This document shows, piece by piece, positions 1-12,361 of a stretch of DNA of 64,000 bases; within the stretch, counting starts at the first letter, position 1, and the number at the start of each line of letters is the position of its first letter. Location of the stretch: the NCBI RefSeq assembly GCF_963921235.1, contig NC_086097.1, forward strand, positions 135,038,001 through 135,102,000, in the 5' to 3' direction. The notes beneath the pieces were generated by a model. The model made no database searches, was not told the origin of the DNA, and worked only from the letters and a program-made list of their open reading frames with translations. This DNA comes from Mobula hypostoma. Its lineage: Eukaryota. A program made the position numbers and the translations under genes.

Positions 1-155
1 TGGCTTTGCTGTTCAATAAATAATGAAACCTCAGGATACTTTGTTAGCAGCTAATGGCCGCCATGACCCTAAGTAGGACGGGTCCTTGTCCAAAAATTTG
101 GACGATCACTTTTGAGTGCAACATATATGCAACATTGTTAAAAGTTAGATCAACC

Positions 156-250
156 AACATACATCAAAGTTGCTGGTGAACGCAGCAGGCCAAGCAGCAT
201 CTATAGGAAGAGGAGCAGTCGACGTTTCAGGCCGAGACCCTTCGTCAGGA
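156..250 (-). mobile_element. Penelope-like element 3' terminal fragment with minimal hammerhead core
   Basis: Minus strand reads CTGACGA-A-GGGTCTCGGCCT-GAAA-CGTC-GACTG. Same repeat family as 6543, 37328 and 61680. Confidence 0.7.
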
Positions 251-507
251 TGTTTGGTTGCTTCAGTAGAATATATAACTGGGGTCTCCAGCTGCTCCCG
301 TGATTCAACCAATGCAAACAGATCGCTTGTCTTATTATGATGCCTTTGCAGGAGCTTGCTGTGTGTAAATTAGCTTTGTATACTGCAACAATGGCTACAC
401 TGCAAAGTACTTGATTAGTTGTAAAGTAATGGGAGATGCCTAACAGATATACCAAGTACTATAGCAATGCAGGTCAATAACAAGTTCCTTTCGTGCTTTG
501 CTTTCAG

Positions 508-597
508 GATACGAATCATCCTTGCACAGCCAATGACCCTGATGGCTCTTACACTTCTATTTCACCCCTCGAATTCATCAGCCTGTTCAAGTTCTGA
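508..597 (+). CDS. FBXO32: F-box only protein 32 (atrogin-1/MAFbx), last coding exon
   Basis: Acceptor tttgctttcag|GAT, phase 0. Translates DTNHPCTANDPDGSYTSISPLEFISLFKF*, matching the FBXO32 C-terminus (human ..[28 protein letters not shown]). Tail-to-tail with NTAQ1 as in human, which favours FBXO32 over its paralog FBXO25. Confidence 0.9.
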   Translation, partial: DTNHPCTANDPDGSYTSISPLEFISLFKF

Positions 598-3500
598 ACT
601 TGAAAAAATTCTGGAAGGTTCCAAGTGTGGAAGAGATTCTTGCTGTGCCTTGAGAACTGAGCTACCAATTTTGTATACTTGGCTTTTACCAATGTAAATA
701 CTGTACAATAATATTTATACTTTCCTTTTTACACTGAAGCTGTAATAGAAGTGGTTTAAGTTTATTTTATATATCCCAATAAAATTATGGTGTGTAAATA
801 TTGCTTGAGGTAATTCTGGGAGTTGAAATTACTGAGGCACTATCTCGAGGAGAGTCGAGATGTCAGATAGGAAGCAGTTGCTCCTGAAATGGGATTGATG
901 TGCATTGTGGTGGCAGTGTATAGGAAGAGTCCCATGTACCGTTTCTGGATAATCATGCAAATGGCTAATGGTATGTTTCTGCCATAGCAGAAACATCCTT
1001 TTGCACCGATTTGTGGATTTTAAAATGCACATGTTCCATAGCATGGATTAGGTTAGTCCCTTCCATACTTTCTTAATTAGTTGCTGAGATATTGTGGAAG
1101 TAATCTACACTGCCTTAAGTTGTTTTCTTCACCCATCTGATCTCAAGTTGTCAGTAACGTTGACTATAACCTTGAGCTGCAGAAGCTTCTGAACAAGTTT
1201 TTGAACGAAGTTATCAACTGATTTTTTTTTTCCCTCTCTCTAACCTGATAAAGCTACTGATTCAGTGCCTGAGTTCTCTACAAAGCCTCCTATCTCATTC
1301 TCACACAAGGTGTGATCCTTACATGGTAATGTGAAGGTTTTTTTGATGTCTGATGTAGCAGAGTGCAGCAGACTGTTTTGCACTTGACCATAGTTCTGTT
1401 GGACTAACTTTAGTTGCTGTTAATATAGCTATTATATTTGTACTTTTTTATGATACATTATCAATAAGTTGAAGGTAGAGTACTGTCTGGTGATCCTGCA
1501 TCTAACTGCTTTGATGGCTTTGAATTGAATATGAAGGAATCATGTTTATTTTTTTTATTTTGCAAGAGGCATGGGATTGGACAGTGATTGAACGGCATTG
1601 GTAATTTTTCAATTGTAATCAGCATTGAACTCCCAGTCACATCAATGATCTGGCATAGGGCAAATCTTTAGTACTGAAAGAAGTGAGAGAGGGTGGGTAT
1701 TGCCCAAAATCTATAGCTTCTCCACAAAGAAGGAATTCCCCTCAGAGATTTAGGGGTGGGGGGAGAGAACAGTCAGTGTAGGCAGGAATGGAGATGATAG
1801 GTCTGGTATTGGACTTGGAGATCTTAAGAGATTTTTGTGTAGGCCAGGGTTCATGTTCCACAGGCAGCACAGCAAACTGTCCACACTTCCTTGCAATTTT
1901 CCAATTTCAGAATTGTTCCAACCTACTGAAGAGGATGGAACTATATTGGGAGAAAGCACTTGGCTGTAGCTGTTTGGCAAGTGGGCTGATTTGGAGACCT
2001 ACTCCTGATTGGCCTTGGGTGGCCCTTGATATTACAGCTTTCAGTTCACCTTCTGTCTTAAATGCCCACTCTGCAGAAGTTGAGACTCGTATACTGCTCA
2101 CTGACGCTGGCAATTCTGGGAGGAAAAATTAAGGCTTTTAAAATAATTGTTTTGTCTCAACCCTTTTGGTTTTGTACTATAATCAATGGGTGGAGGTGAA
2201 TCTGATAAGCTATCAAGGTTGTTAAATCAAGTAACAGTAATTTCTTTTCTATTTGGTGGCATGTTAATGGGTTTGATAGGTGATTACTGGTTTGTGTAGG
2301 GTGTGTTGCAAAGTTGTGGAGAAAGTAATGGGAATATGAAAAGTTTCAGTAACCTTTTTACAAGAACTGGGTAGTGGATGGAGGAAAGTATCCCATTCCT
2401 ATGATAAATTTCATTCGGAAACCAACATGAGAAGCAAACTTTGGGCTGTTTCCATATAAGACAGTCACAGCCTAGGCAATAAACTGAGAACATGTGCTAT
2501 GGGAGATATTCAAAGCTTATACATTTTAAATGGCTGTAATTGGATCAGGAACAATGCTACTGCTAACAGTACTATTGGAATTCTATAAGGCTTTAAGTGT
2601 AGATGCTCCCAAATGTATAACTGCTTTCATTAAAAATATTTCCCCTCAATAAAAGTCTTTTGTTTGAAGTCTTATAGAAGCAACATAATATATGTAGTTT
2701 ATTTTCTTAGGTGATCTTGGAGCAATTAAGCTTCAGAATGAGCATTGGAAACAACCGTTTCATTTCAAAGCCAACCCGAGTTCTGCAGTACACACACAAT
2801 TGCAATCTTTTTGTCCATCTGAGTTCCCACAGCTGCCCTGACTGAGGTGCCAAGGCTTGATTGCTCAAGCTGTCATATGGTTAGAAATGAAAATTCTTAG
2901 TGTGAGGATGGAGATTGTAGGAGAGCTTGGCTTTTGCTTTCTCACAGATGGAAAGGAGTGTTAATTAATCCTTCAATCTCTGAAGCATGTGGGAAGGTTT
3001 CAATGTTGGGGATAAGGTTAGATTGTTGGCTTGCAAAGTAAAAATGGAGATATAAAACAAGATGTCTACTTGCTGTTGCAGGTTTTACATTATTGTGCAA
3101 AATCAATTCTACTTTAGTAGTTGCAGGACAGTTGACAGACTGAACTTTCTAAGGATTCATTCCATAGCAGAAGCTTCAGAAGCCATACCATTAGGTTACC
3201 CCTTAAGATGTGCACGAGATCCTCCAACATTTTACTGGGCACAGATGACAATACACCTCACAGAAGGTAACCTGCTAAAACTGCAATGGATTTTCAAAAT
3301 GTGTGTTGAGAAGGTGGGCAGGAACCCCAGTCACAGTGAAATGTCTAGAATTGTGTGATGAAACATCTATCTTTCCAGTAAAATCCTTTAAAATTCATTC
3401 TTAGCAAAATACAAGATTTGCTTTGGCTACTGCAACAGGTTGAAACTGTTTACATCAGCAATGATTTGTAAAAGACTCAGATAAGCTAGTTCGTGGATTT

Positions 3501-3903
3501 AAGTATAACCAGATTTGGTCACAGAAGGGAAACCAGTTCCTATTTCGAAACTGCAGTTTTCACCAAGATAATTTGGTTTCTACTTTTTCCTAGATGAAGT
3601 TTGTGCATTAGCACAAGAGGTCGACTTCTACATTGGCTTGAGTAGAAAGAAATAAGTGTGGAGAAATACTAGGTAGTTTTGGGACTTGTGATTAATCATT
3701 GCACTGTCTCATTTTCTACATTAATACTTGTTTCTGTGAAAGTTAGAAATTTTTGCATCATTATGCATCTGAAGTATTGCTTGTCTTCAGTATATAGTTA
3801 TTGACACAAACTTTTGTTGCATCTACGCAAAACTGAATATCTGTAACATTATTTTCTGATGTAAAATACTATGGCATTTTTTAATTGATATCTTTTTAAT
3901 AAA
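598..3903 (+). other. FBXO32: Probable long FBXO32 3'UTR with alternative poly(A) signals
   Basis: AT-rich, no recognisable TE for about 3.3 kb. AATAAA at 778, 2648 and 3898. Pumilio-type TGTAAATA at 693 and 793. The true 3' end is not determinable from sequence. Confidence 0.5.
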
Positions 3904-3989
3904 TGATATCTTTTGAAATTGGTTTGTGGCAGCATCTTGAATTTGCATGTATGAAAGCCCTGTCCTTTTAGATAGGTAATCATTTAGGG

Positions 3990-4069
3990 CAAGGCTTCCC
4001 AACCTTTTTGATGCCATGGACCAATACCATTAAGTAAGGTGTTTGTGGATACCAGGTTGTAAACTCCTG
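3990..4069. mobile_element. About 80-bp hAT-type MITE
   Basis: Degenerate TIR (caaggcttcccaacc...ggttgtaaactcctg). 8-bp flanks atttaggg/atttggag. Homologous to the copy at 31153. Confidence 0.6.
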
Positions 4070-5777
4070 ATTTGGAGCTTTGTCTACTTTAAACCCAATG
4101 TGCCAGAGTACACATTTCTTTAGTACAGCACATAGTTGTCAATGTCAGTAGATGACAATGGAGGGAAAAGGTTGTGATAGTGGGTGATTTTAACTTTCTA
4201 CATACAGTGTTGACTTGGACTCATACTGTAAAAGGACAGGATGGGAAAGAGTTTGTCAAATGTGTTCAGGAAGTTTTCTGAATCATATGTAGAAGTCCCA
4301 ACTAGAGGAAGTGTCACACTAGATCTCCTATTAGGGAGTGAGATAGGGCAGGTGACAGAAGCTTGTGTAGGGGAACACTTTGCATTCAGTGATCATGATT
4401 CCATTAGTTTCAAGGTTATTATGGAAAAGGATAGGTCTGTTTCTCTGGTTAAGATTCTAAATTGGAGAAAAGCCAATTTTGATGGTGTCAGAAAGGATCT
4501 GGAAAGTGTGGATTGGGACAGGTGGTTTTCTAGCAAAGGTGTCCTCGGTAACTGGGAAGCCTTCAAAAGAGATTTTGAGAGTTCAGAGTTTATGTTCCTG
4601 TCAGAATAAAAGGTAAAGATAACAGACCTAGGGAACCTTGGTTTGCAAGAGGTGGAGGCTGTGATTAAGACAAAGAAGGTGCGGAGCTGGAATATGTAGC
4701 TAGCAACGGATGAGGTGTTAAAGGAGTAAATGAAATGCAAGAAAACACAAGGAAATCAAGATGGCTAGAAGAAGACGGGAGGTTGCTTTAGTCATCAAGG
4801 TGAAGGAGAATCTGAAGGGCTTGTACAGATTAAGAGCAAAAGGATAACAAATTGGTCTCCTAGAAGATTAGTGGTAATCTATGCATGGAGCCAAAAGAGA
4901 TGGGAGGTTTTCTTTTGCATCTGTATTAACTCAGGAGATGGACACCATCTATAGACTTGAGGTAATGCAGCAATGTGGTCATGGGCCCTATGCAGATTAC
5001 AAAGGTAGAAGTATTTGATGTCTTGAGGCAAATTAGGGTGAATAAATCCCCAGGGTCTGACGAGGTGTTCCCTTGGACTCAGAGGCTAGTGCAGAAATTA
5101 CAGGGGCACCAGCAGAGAAATGTAAAACCCTAGCCATATGTAAAGTGCTGGACGATGGGAGGATAGCTAATATTCTGTTTAAGAAAGGCTCTAAGAATAA
5201 GCTAGGAAATTACAGCATAGGCCGGTGAGCCTGACTGCAGTAGCAGGGAAGTTACTGGAAGTGGGCTAAGTAACCAGATATATCAAGTATTCAGACAAGG
5301 ACTGATTAGGGATAGTCAAAAGGGCCTTGTGTGTGGTTGGTCGTGTCTAACCAATCTTACAGAGTTTTTTGAGGAAATTACCAGGAAAGTTGATAAAGGT
5401 AAGGCGGTGGATCTTGTCTATATGAATTTTAACAAGGCCCTTTAAGGGAGGTTGGTCAAGAGGGTTCAATCACTTGGCATTCAAGATGAGGTAGTAAATA
5501 GGATAAGACTTTGGCTTCGCCAGAGAGTAGTAGACAATTGTCTTTGACTGGAGGCCTGTGACTAGTGGTGTGCTGCAGGGATCAATGACCTGGATGATAA
5601 TGTGGTAACAGGATTAGCGAATCTGTGGATGACACCAAGATTGAGGGTATAGTTGACAGCAAGGTAAGACTATCAAAGCTTGCAGCAGGATCTGGATCAG
5701 CTGGGCTGAAAAATAGCAGATTGAATTTAATGCAGACAAGTGAGAGGTGTTGTACTTTTGGGGGACTGACCAGGGTA

Positions 5778-6043
5778 CAGTACTGTGCAACAGTCTTGGG
5801 TACATATATACAGCTCTGTATGTGTATGTGTGTGTGTATGTATATATATATATATATATATTCAGTACTTAAGACTTTTGGACGGTATTGAATTTGTCAA
5901 TGTGGAGCAGGACGCAAGTTTATAAATCTGGCAGGAGCAAAGCATGTTAGGAATGGCAAGGGTGGCGCACTGCAGGAGGGGTGCAGGACAGGTGGCAGAG
6001 GGAGGGCCAGGGGCGGGGGGTGGCACAAGTGCAGATACACCCT
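5778..6043. mobile_element. Truncated composite Tc1-type MITE element (palindromic unit 5778-5890 with TG/TA microsatellite, plus GC-rich cargo)
   Basis: TA|CAGTACTGTGCAACAGTCTT...AAGACTTTTGGACGGTATTG. The cargo is the reverse complement of about 28270-28425. Confidence 0.75.
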
Positions 6044-6542
6044 AGTACAGTCTGCAGGAGAACTGCAACTTGGGAGAAGATTTGTTTTCCAGCAAGACAA
6101 TAACACCTAGCATGAAGTCAAAGCTACAAACGAATGACTTAAAAACAACAAAATTAATGTCCTGGAGTGGCCAAGTCAGAGTCCATAATTGAGAAATTGT
6201 GGCTAGACCTGACCCAAAAAGGGCTGTTCACTCACGATCGCCATGCAATCTGACAGAGCTTGAACAGTTTTGTGAAGAAGAATGGGGAAAAGTTGTAGTG
6301 TCCAGATGTGCAAAGCTGATAGGGACCTATCCACACAAGGCTGTAATTGCTGCCAAAGGTGCTTCTACTAAATACTGACTTGAAGGGGGTGAATATCTAT
6401 GCAATCAATTATTTTGTGTTTTATACTTGTAATTAATTTACAAACGTTTGTAGATCACTTTGTAGAGATCTGTTTTCACTTTGACACAAAAGAGTCTTTT
6501 TCTGTTGATCAGTGCCAAAAAAGCCAAATTAAATCCACTGTG

Positions 6543-6636
6543 CAACACCCACAAAATGCTGGAGGAACTCAGCAGGCTAGGCAGCATCTATGGAAAAAAG
6601 TACAGTCGACGTTTCGGGCCAAAATCCTTCGGCAGG
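6543..6636 (-). mobile_element. Penelope-type terminal fragment with hammerhead-like motif
   Basis: Flanked by ACTGTG at 6537-6542 and 6637-6642. Minus strand reads ACAGTC-CTGCCGA-A-GGATTTTGGCCC-GAAA-CGTC-GACTGT. Confidence 0.7.
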
Positions 6637-6653
6637 ACTGTGATTCAATTTTG

Positions 6654-9600
6654 CTTGCTGCCAGTGCTACGTGACAGAAATGGTAAGAATTGGAGGAGAT
6701 GGCAGTTGAATGCATGGCTGAGGAGTTGGTGCAGGGAGCAGGGTTTTAGATTTTTAAATCATTGGGATCTCTTCTGGGGAAGGTGGAACCTGTACAGATT
6801 GGATGGGTTGCACCTGAACTCGAGGGGGAGCAATATCCTTGCAGGTAGGTTTGCTAGCATGGTTCAGGAGGGTTTAAACTAATTTGTGAGGGGGATGGGA
6901 CCCAGAGCGATAGAGAAGTGAAAGAAGTGCATGGAGTAAAGCCAGATCTAACATACAGAGAGGCTTTGAGGAAAGAGAAGCAGAATAAACGGTGTAAAGA
7001 CAGTAAGGTAGAAGGGCTGAAATGTGTGTACCTCAATGCAAGAAGCATCAGGAACAAAGGTGATGAACTGAGAGCTTGGATACATACATGGAATTATGAT
7101 GTAGTGGCCATTACAGAGACTTGGCTGGTACCAGGGCAGGAATGGATTCTCAATATTCCTGGATTTCAGTGCTTTAAAAGGGATAGAGAGGGCAGAAAAA
7201 GGGCAGGAGGGGTGGCATTACTGGTCAGGGATACTATTACAGCTACAGAAAGGGTGGGTAATGTAGCAGGATCCTCTTTTGAGTCAATATGAGTGGAAGT
7301 CAGGAACAAGAAGGGAGCAGTTACTCTACTGGGGGTATTCTATAGGCCCCCTGGTAGCAGCAGAGATACAGAGGAGCAGATTGGGAGGCAGATTTTGGAA
7401 AGGTGCAAAAATAACAGGGTTGTTATCATGGGTGACTTTAACTTCCCTAATATTGATTGGCACCTGATTAGTTCCAAGGGTTTAGATGGGGCAGAATTTG
7501 TTAAGTGTGTCCAGGATGGATTCCTGTCACAGTATGTGGACAGGCCAACCACGGGGAATGCCATACGAGATCTAGTACTAGGTAATGAACCGGGTCAGGT
7601 CACAGATCTGTCAGTGGGTGAGCATCTGGGGGACAGTGACCACCGCTCCCTGGCCTTTAGCATTATCATGGAAGAGGATAGAATCAAAGAGGACAGCAAA
7701 ATTCTTAATTGGGGAAAGGCAAATTATGAGGCTATAAGGCTAGAACTTGCAGGTGTGAATTGGGATGATGTTTTTGCAGGGAAATGTACTATGGACATGT
7801 GGTCGATGTTTAGAGATCTCTTGCGGGACATAAGGGATAAATTTGTCCCGGTGGGGAAGATAAAGAATGGTAGGGTGAAGGAACCATGGGTGACAAGTGA
7901 GGTGGAAAATCTAGTCAGGTGGAAGAAGGCAGCATACATGAGGTTTAGGAAGCAAGGATCAGATGGGTCTATTGAGGAATATAGGGAAGCAAGAAAGGAG
8001 CTTAAGAAGGGGCTGAGAAGAGCAAGAAGGGGGCATGAGAAGGCCTTGGTGAGCAGGGTAAAGGAAAACCCCAAGGCATTCTTCAATTATGTGAAGAACA
8101 AAAGAAGGACAGGAGTTAAGGTAGGACTGATTAGAGATAAAGGTGGGAAGATGTGCCTGGAGGCTCTGAAGTGAGCGAGGCCCTCAATGAGTACTTCTCT
8201 TCAGTATTTACCAATGAGGGGGAACTTGACGGTGAGGACAATATGAGTGAGGTTGATGTTCTGGAGCATGTTGATATTAAGGGAGAGGAGGTGTTGGATT
8301 TGTTAAAATACATTAGGACGGATAAGTCCCCAGGGCCTGACGGAATATTCCCCAGGCTGCTCCACAAGGCGGGGGAAGAGATTGCTGAGCCTCTGGCTAG
8401 GATGTTTATGTCCTCATTGTCCACGGGAATGGTACCGGAGGATTGGAGGGAGGCGAATGTTGTTCCCTTGTTCAAAAAAGGTAGTAGGGATAGTCCAGGT
8501 AATTATAGACCAGTGAGCCTTATGTCTGTGGTGGGAAAGCTGTTGGAAAAGATTCTTAGAGGTAGGATCTATAGGCATTTAGAGAATTATGGTCTGATCA
8601 GAGACAGTCAGCATGGCTTTGTGAAGGGCAGATCATGTCTAACAAGCCTGATAGAGTTCTTTGAGGAGGTGACCAGGCATATAGATGAGGGTAGTGCAGT
8701 GGATATGATCTATATGGATTTTAGTAAGGCATTTGACAAAGTTCCACACGGTAGGCTTATTCAGAAAGTTAGAAGGCATGGGATCCAGGGAAGTTTGGCC
8801 AGGTGGATTCAGAATTGGCTTGCCTGCAGAAGGCAGAGGGTGGTGGTGGAGGGAGTACATTCAGATTGGAGGATTGTGACTAGTGGTGTCCCACAAGGAT
8901 CTGTTCTGGGACCTCTGCTTTTCGTGATTTTTATTAACGACCTGGATGTAGGGGTAAAAGAGTGGGTTGGCAAGTTTGCAGATGACACAAAGGTTGGTGG
9001 TGTTGTAGATAGTGTAGAGGATTGTCAAAGATTGCACAGAGACATTGATGGGATGCAGAAGTGGGCTGAGAAGTGGCAGATGGAGTTCAACCCGGAGAAG
9101 TGTGAGGTGGTACACTTTGGAAGGACAAACTCCAAGGCAGAGTACAAAGTAAATGGCAGGATACTTGGTAGTGTGGAGGAGCAGAGGGATCTCGGGTATA
9201 TGTCCACAGATCCCTGAAAGTTGCCTCACAGGTCGATAGGGTAGTTAAGAAAGCTTATGGGGTGTTAGCTTTCATAAGTCGAGGGATAGAGTTTAAGAGT
9301 CGCGATGTAATGATGCAGCTCTATAAAACTCTGGTTAGGCCACACCTGGAGTACTGTGTCCAGTTCTGGTCACCTCACTATAGGAAGGATGTGGAAGCAT
9401 TGGAAAGGGTACAGAGGAGATTTACCAGGATGCTGCCTGGTTTAGAAAGTATGCATTATGATCAGAGATTAAGGGAGCTAGGGCTTTACTCTTTGGAGAG
9501 AAGGAGGATGAGAGGAGACATGATAGAGGTGTACAAGATAATAAGAGGAATAGATAGAGTGGATAGCCAGCGCCTCTTTCCCAGGGCACCACTGCTCAAT

Positions 9601-9867
9601 ACAAGAGGACATGGCTTTAAGGTAAGGGGTGGGAAGTTCAAGGGGGATATTAGAGGAAGGTTTTTTACTCAGAGAGTGGTTGGTGCGTGGAATGCACTGC
9701 CTGAGTCAGTGGTGGAGGCAGATATACTAGTGAAGTTTAAGAGACTACTAGACAGGTATATGGAGGAATCTAAGGTGGGGGCTTATATGGGAGGCAGGGT
9801 TTGAGGGTCGGCACAACATTGTGGGCCGAAGGGCCTGTACTGTGCTGTACTATTCTATGTTCTATGT
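6654..9867 (+). mobile_element. Young 5'-truncated CR1 LINE: ORF1 C-terminus (SGNH esterase) plus near-intact ORF2 (APE + RT)
   Basis: ORF1 ..DGLHLN..GLN*. ORF2 motifs YLNARS, ETW, GDFNFP, SDH, QGSVLGP, FADD. One premature stop (7290) and frameshifts near 8160 and 9195. (TTCTATG)n tail. Confidence 0.95.
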
Positions 9868-12361
9868 TAATAAAACATGAAAACTTCCAAGGGGGCGAAT
9901 ACCTTTTCTAGGCACTGTATTGAGTACATGAATTGGGATGTTACGTTGAAATTGTATAAGATGTTGGTGCAGCCTAATATGGAGTATTGTGTCACCTACC
10001 TACAGGAAAGATGCAAATAAGATTGAAAGCATGCAGACAAAATTTACAAGGATGTTGCTGGGACTTGAGGACCTGAATTATTGGGAAAAGTTGAGTAGGT
10101 TAAGACACTATTTCCTAGAACGTAGAAGATTAAAGGGAGATTTGAAAGAGGTATACAAAATGATGAAGATACGGAAAGGGTAAATGTAAGCAGGCTTTTT
10201 CCATTGAGTTTGGGTGAGACTACAACTAGAGGTCATGTGTTAGGGGTGAAAGGTGAAATGTTTAATGTGTACAATGAGGGAGAACTTTTTCACTCGGAAG
10301 GTGATGAAAGTGTGGAACAAGCTGCCAGTGCAAGGGTTTGATTTCAGTACTTAAGAGAAATTTGGATAGGTGTATGGATGGGAGGGATAAGGAGAGCTAT
10401 GATCTGGGTGCAGGTTTGTGGGACTGGCAGATTAATGGTTCAGCATAAACTAGATGGGCTAATGAGTCTGTTTCAGTGCTGTGGTGTTCTATAACGGTGG
10501 AACCTGGCTGTAGTTGAGTGGAACAGCAGTAACAGATTTAAGGGGAAAATGGTGTTGGATTGGGGTCCAAATCATTATATTGTATCTTTAGCTTTATGCT
10601 TGCTTGTACGTTTGTATAATCACCTGTTTGGCTCTATACTTATGCAGTTTCTTCATTTGTAAAACTGAAGTGTAACTCAGACAGCACCTTTTGTGTTAGA
10701 TTCCCTCATCTAACCACTTTAGATGGGTTTTCAGTCGAAAGGAAGAGCATGAGGTTCTTTGTTACTTCATTTTATATGCAAACTGGTATGAGTGACACTC
10801 CCTGACTTCCATTTTAATGAGCTCTAACAAAATGGTTGCAATTATAAGATTTGCACTTCATTCTTGACTTGCAAAGTGAATCTTCTGGACAACATTGTCT
10901 CTGGATCTAACAGGATAAACAATGATCTGAGGGGAAACTGGTGATGGGCCAAATGGCCTATTTTTCTGCTATTCACACAGTAAAGTTTGCACTTTCATGT
11001 CCTCACTTCCTGCAGAATGCCTGTCATTTCCTGCTCTTGCTTATTTATGTGATAGTCCATAACTTCACGGATTAAGGGTGATGTGTTTTGCATGTGTTTG
11101 GCTGCAGTGTAAAACCACATGATGGGTTATTTTGCCACCTTGAGTCAGACTTGATAGAACATTTGTTTAAATTTCATCTAAACAAACCCTAACAGTACTT
11201 GGAAAATGAAACTCCTGCCTTTAATTCTGGTGATGCATTATCTTGAAGAGGAAAACAAATTTTCATAAAATGCTGACGAGGAAAATAAACTTTCATAAAA
11301 TAAGCTCCATTATTCAACAGTTGCTATAGTTTCTGCCTGAAATAAACTACTAGTAAACTTGTTTTTGATTTTAATGAGGAAGGGAAGCCAGTTGCCAAAA
11401 GATTTCTTAGTGGAATACTATTGTGGCTGCCAAGGTTTAATATTAGCCATGGCAGTGAAAATTAGTTCCTTTCATACCTGATGAAGAATTTTTAAGAAGT
11501 ATGAAGGAACATCAGTACGTTAAATGCAGAATTCTGATCAACTGGTCTTGAACAATGCTGCTTGAATCCTAACTTGTAACAGTTTACCTTCTGTGTGTTT
11601 TGGCTCCGAGTCCAACAAGATCTCATCATGGTGTAGAGCTTCCTCTTTGCCTTGTCAATAAAACCAGCCAGGACCCCGACTGCAATTTCTACCTTCTGGG
11701 CTGCCCCAGGCTTCTAACACCAGGCCCATGGCAATTATAATTCAGCTTTCAAAACCCCTCTTAAAGCTTTTGCCCTTCTCCTTTGATATACACCTTATAT
11801 ATATACACAGACATGGAAAGATGAGGCACTAAAACAGTCTGTACCAATCACCAACATTTTTGCATGAATCCTACATCAATTCCCCCACTCCTACCCAGAT
11901 TCTACCACTCAACTATATACTAGGGGGTATTTACAGTGGTCAATTAGCCAAGTAACCCAAATGTCTTTCAGATGAGGGAAGAAACTGGAGAGACCATGCA
12001 AGCTCCACACGGCAAGGGAGGTCACAATTCAACCCAGACCTCAGTCACTATGAGGCAGTGGCTCTGACTAACTGTGTCATCTAACAATGATGAACCGTTT
12101 GTCCATTAACTGCATACACTTCCCACTGCTTCAGGAGGGCGGCTAACCTAATCAATGGCCCTCCTACCTGGCCATTCTCTCTTCCCTCCATCAAACAGAG
12201 GACACAAAAGCTTGAGAGCATGTTCTACCAGCTCAAGGATATCCTCTATCCCACTGTTATTGGACTCTTGAATAGTCCTTTCATATGATAAAGGTTGAAC
12301 TCTTTTATCTCCCAATCTACCTTGTCTTGGCTTTTATAATTTGTTTGTTTACCTTCACTGC

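Larger units (their letters stand above)
6044..9917 (+). mobile_element. Tc1 transposon 3' remnant (6044-6542, 6643-6653, 9868-9917)
   Basis: Transposase C-terminus: FVFQQDN, VLEWPSQSP, LTELEQFCEEEW, AAKGASTKY. Ends ..ggcactg|TA at 9917. Confidence 0.85.
4165..10492 (+). mobile_element. Old CR1 LINE (pieces 4165-5777 and 9920-10492) hosting nested insertions
   Basis: Degenerate APE (GDFNF, SDH) and RT motifs with many stops and frameshifts. The 3' part resumes at 9920 after the Tc1 terminus. Confidence 0.85.

Noticed and set aside
8153..9217. Reverse transcriptase ORFs as retron, DGR or other prokaryotic RT systems
   Set aside because: They are CR1 or Rex LINE ORF2 fragments with APE domains and LINE tails in a spliced vertebrate locus.
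10500..11800. Unique intergenic stretch as a possible enhancer or exon
   Set aside because: No ORF, splice pattern or motif cluster I can support without alignments.
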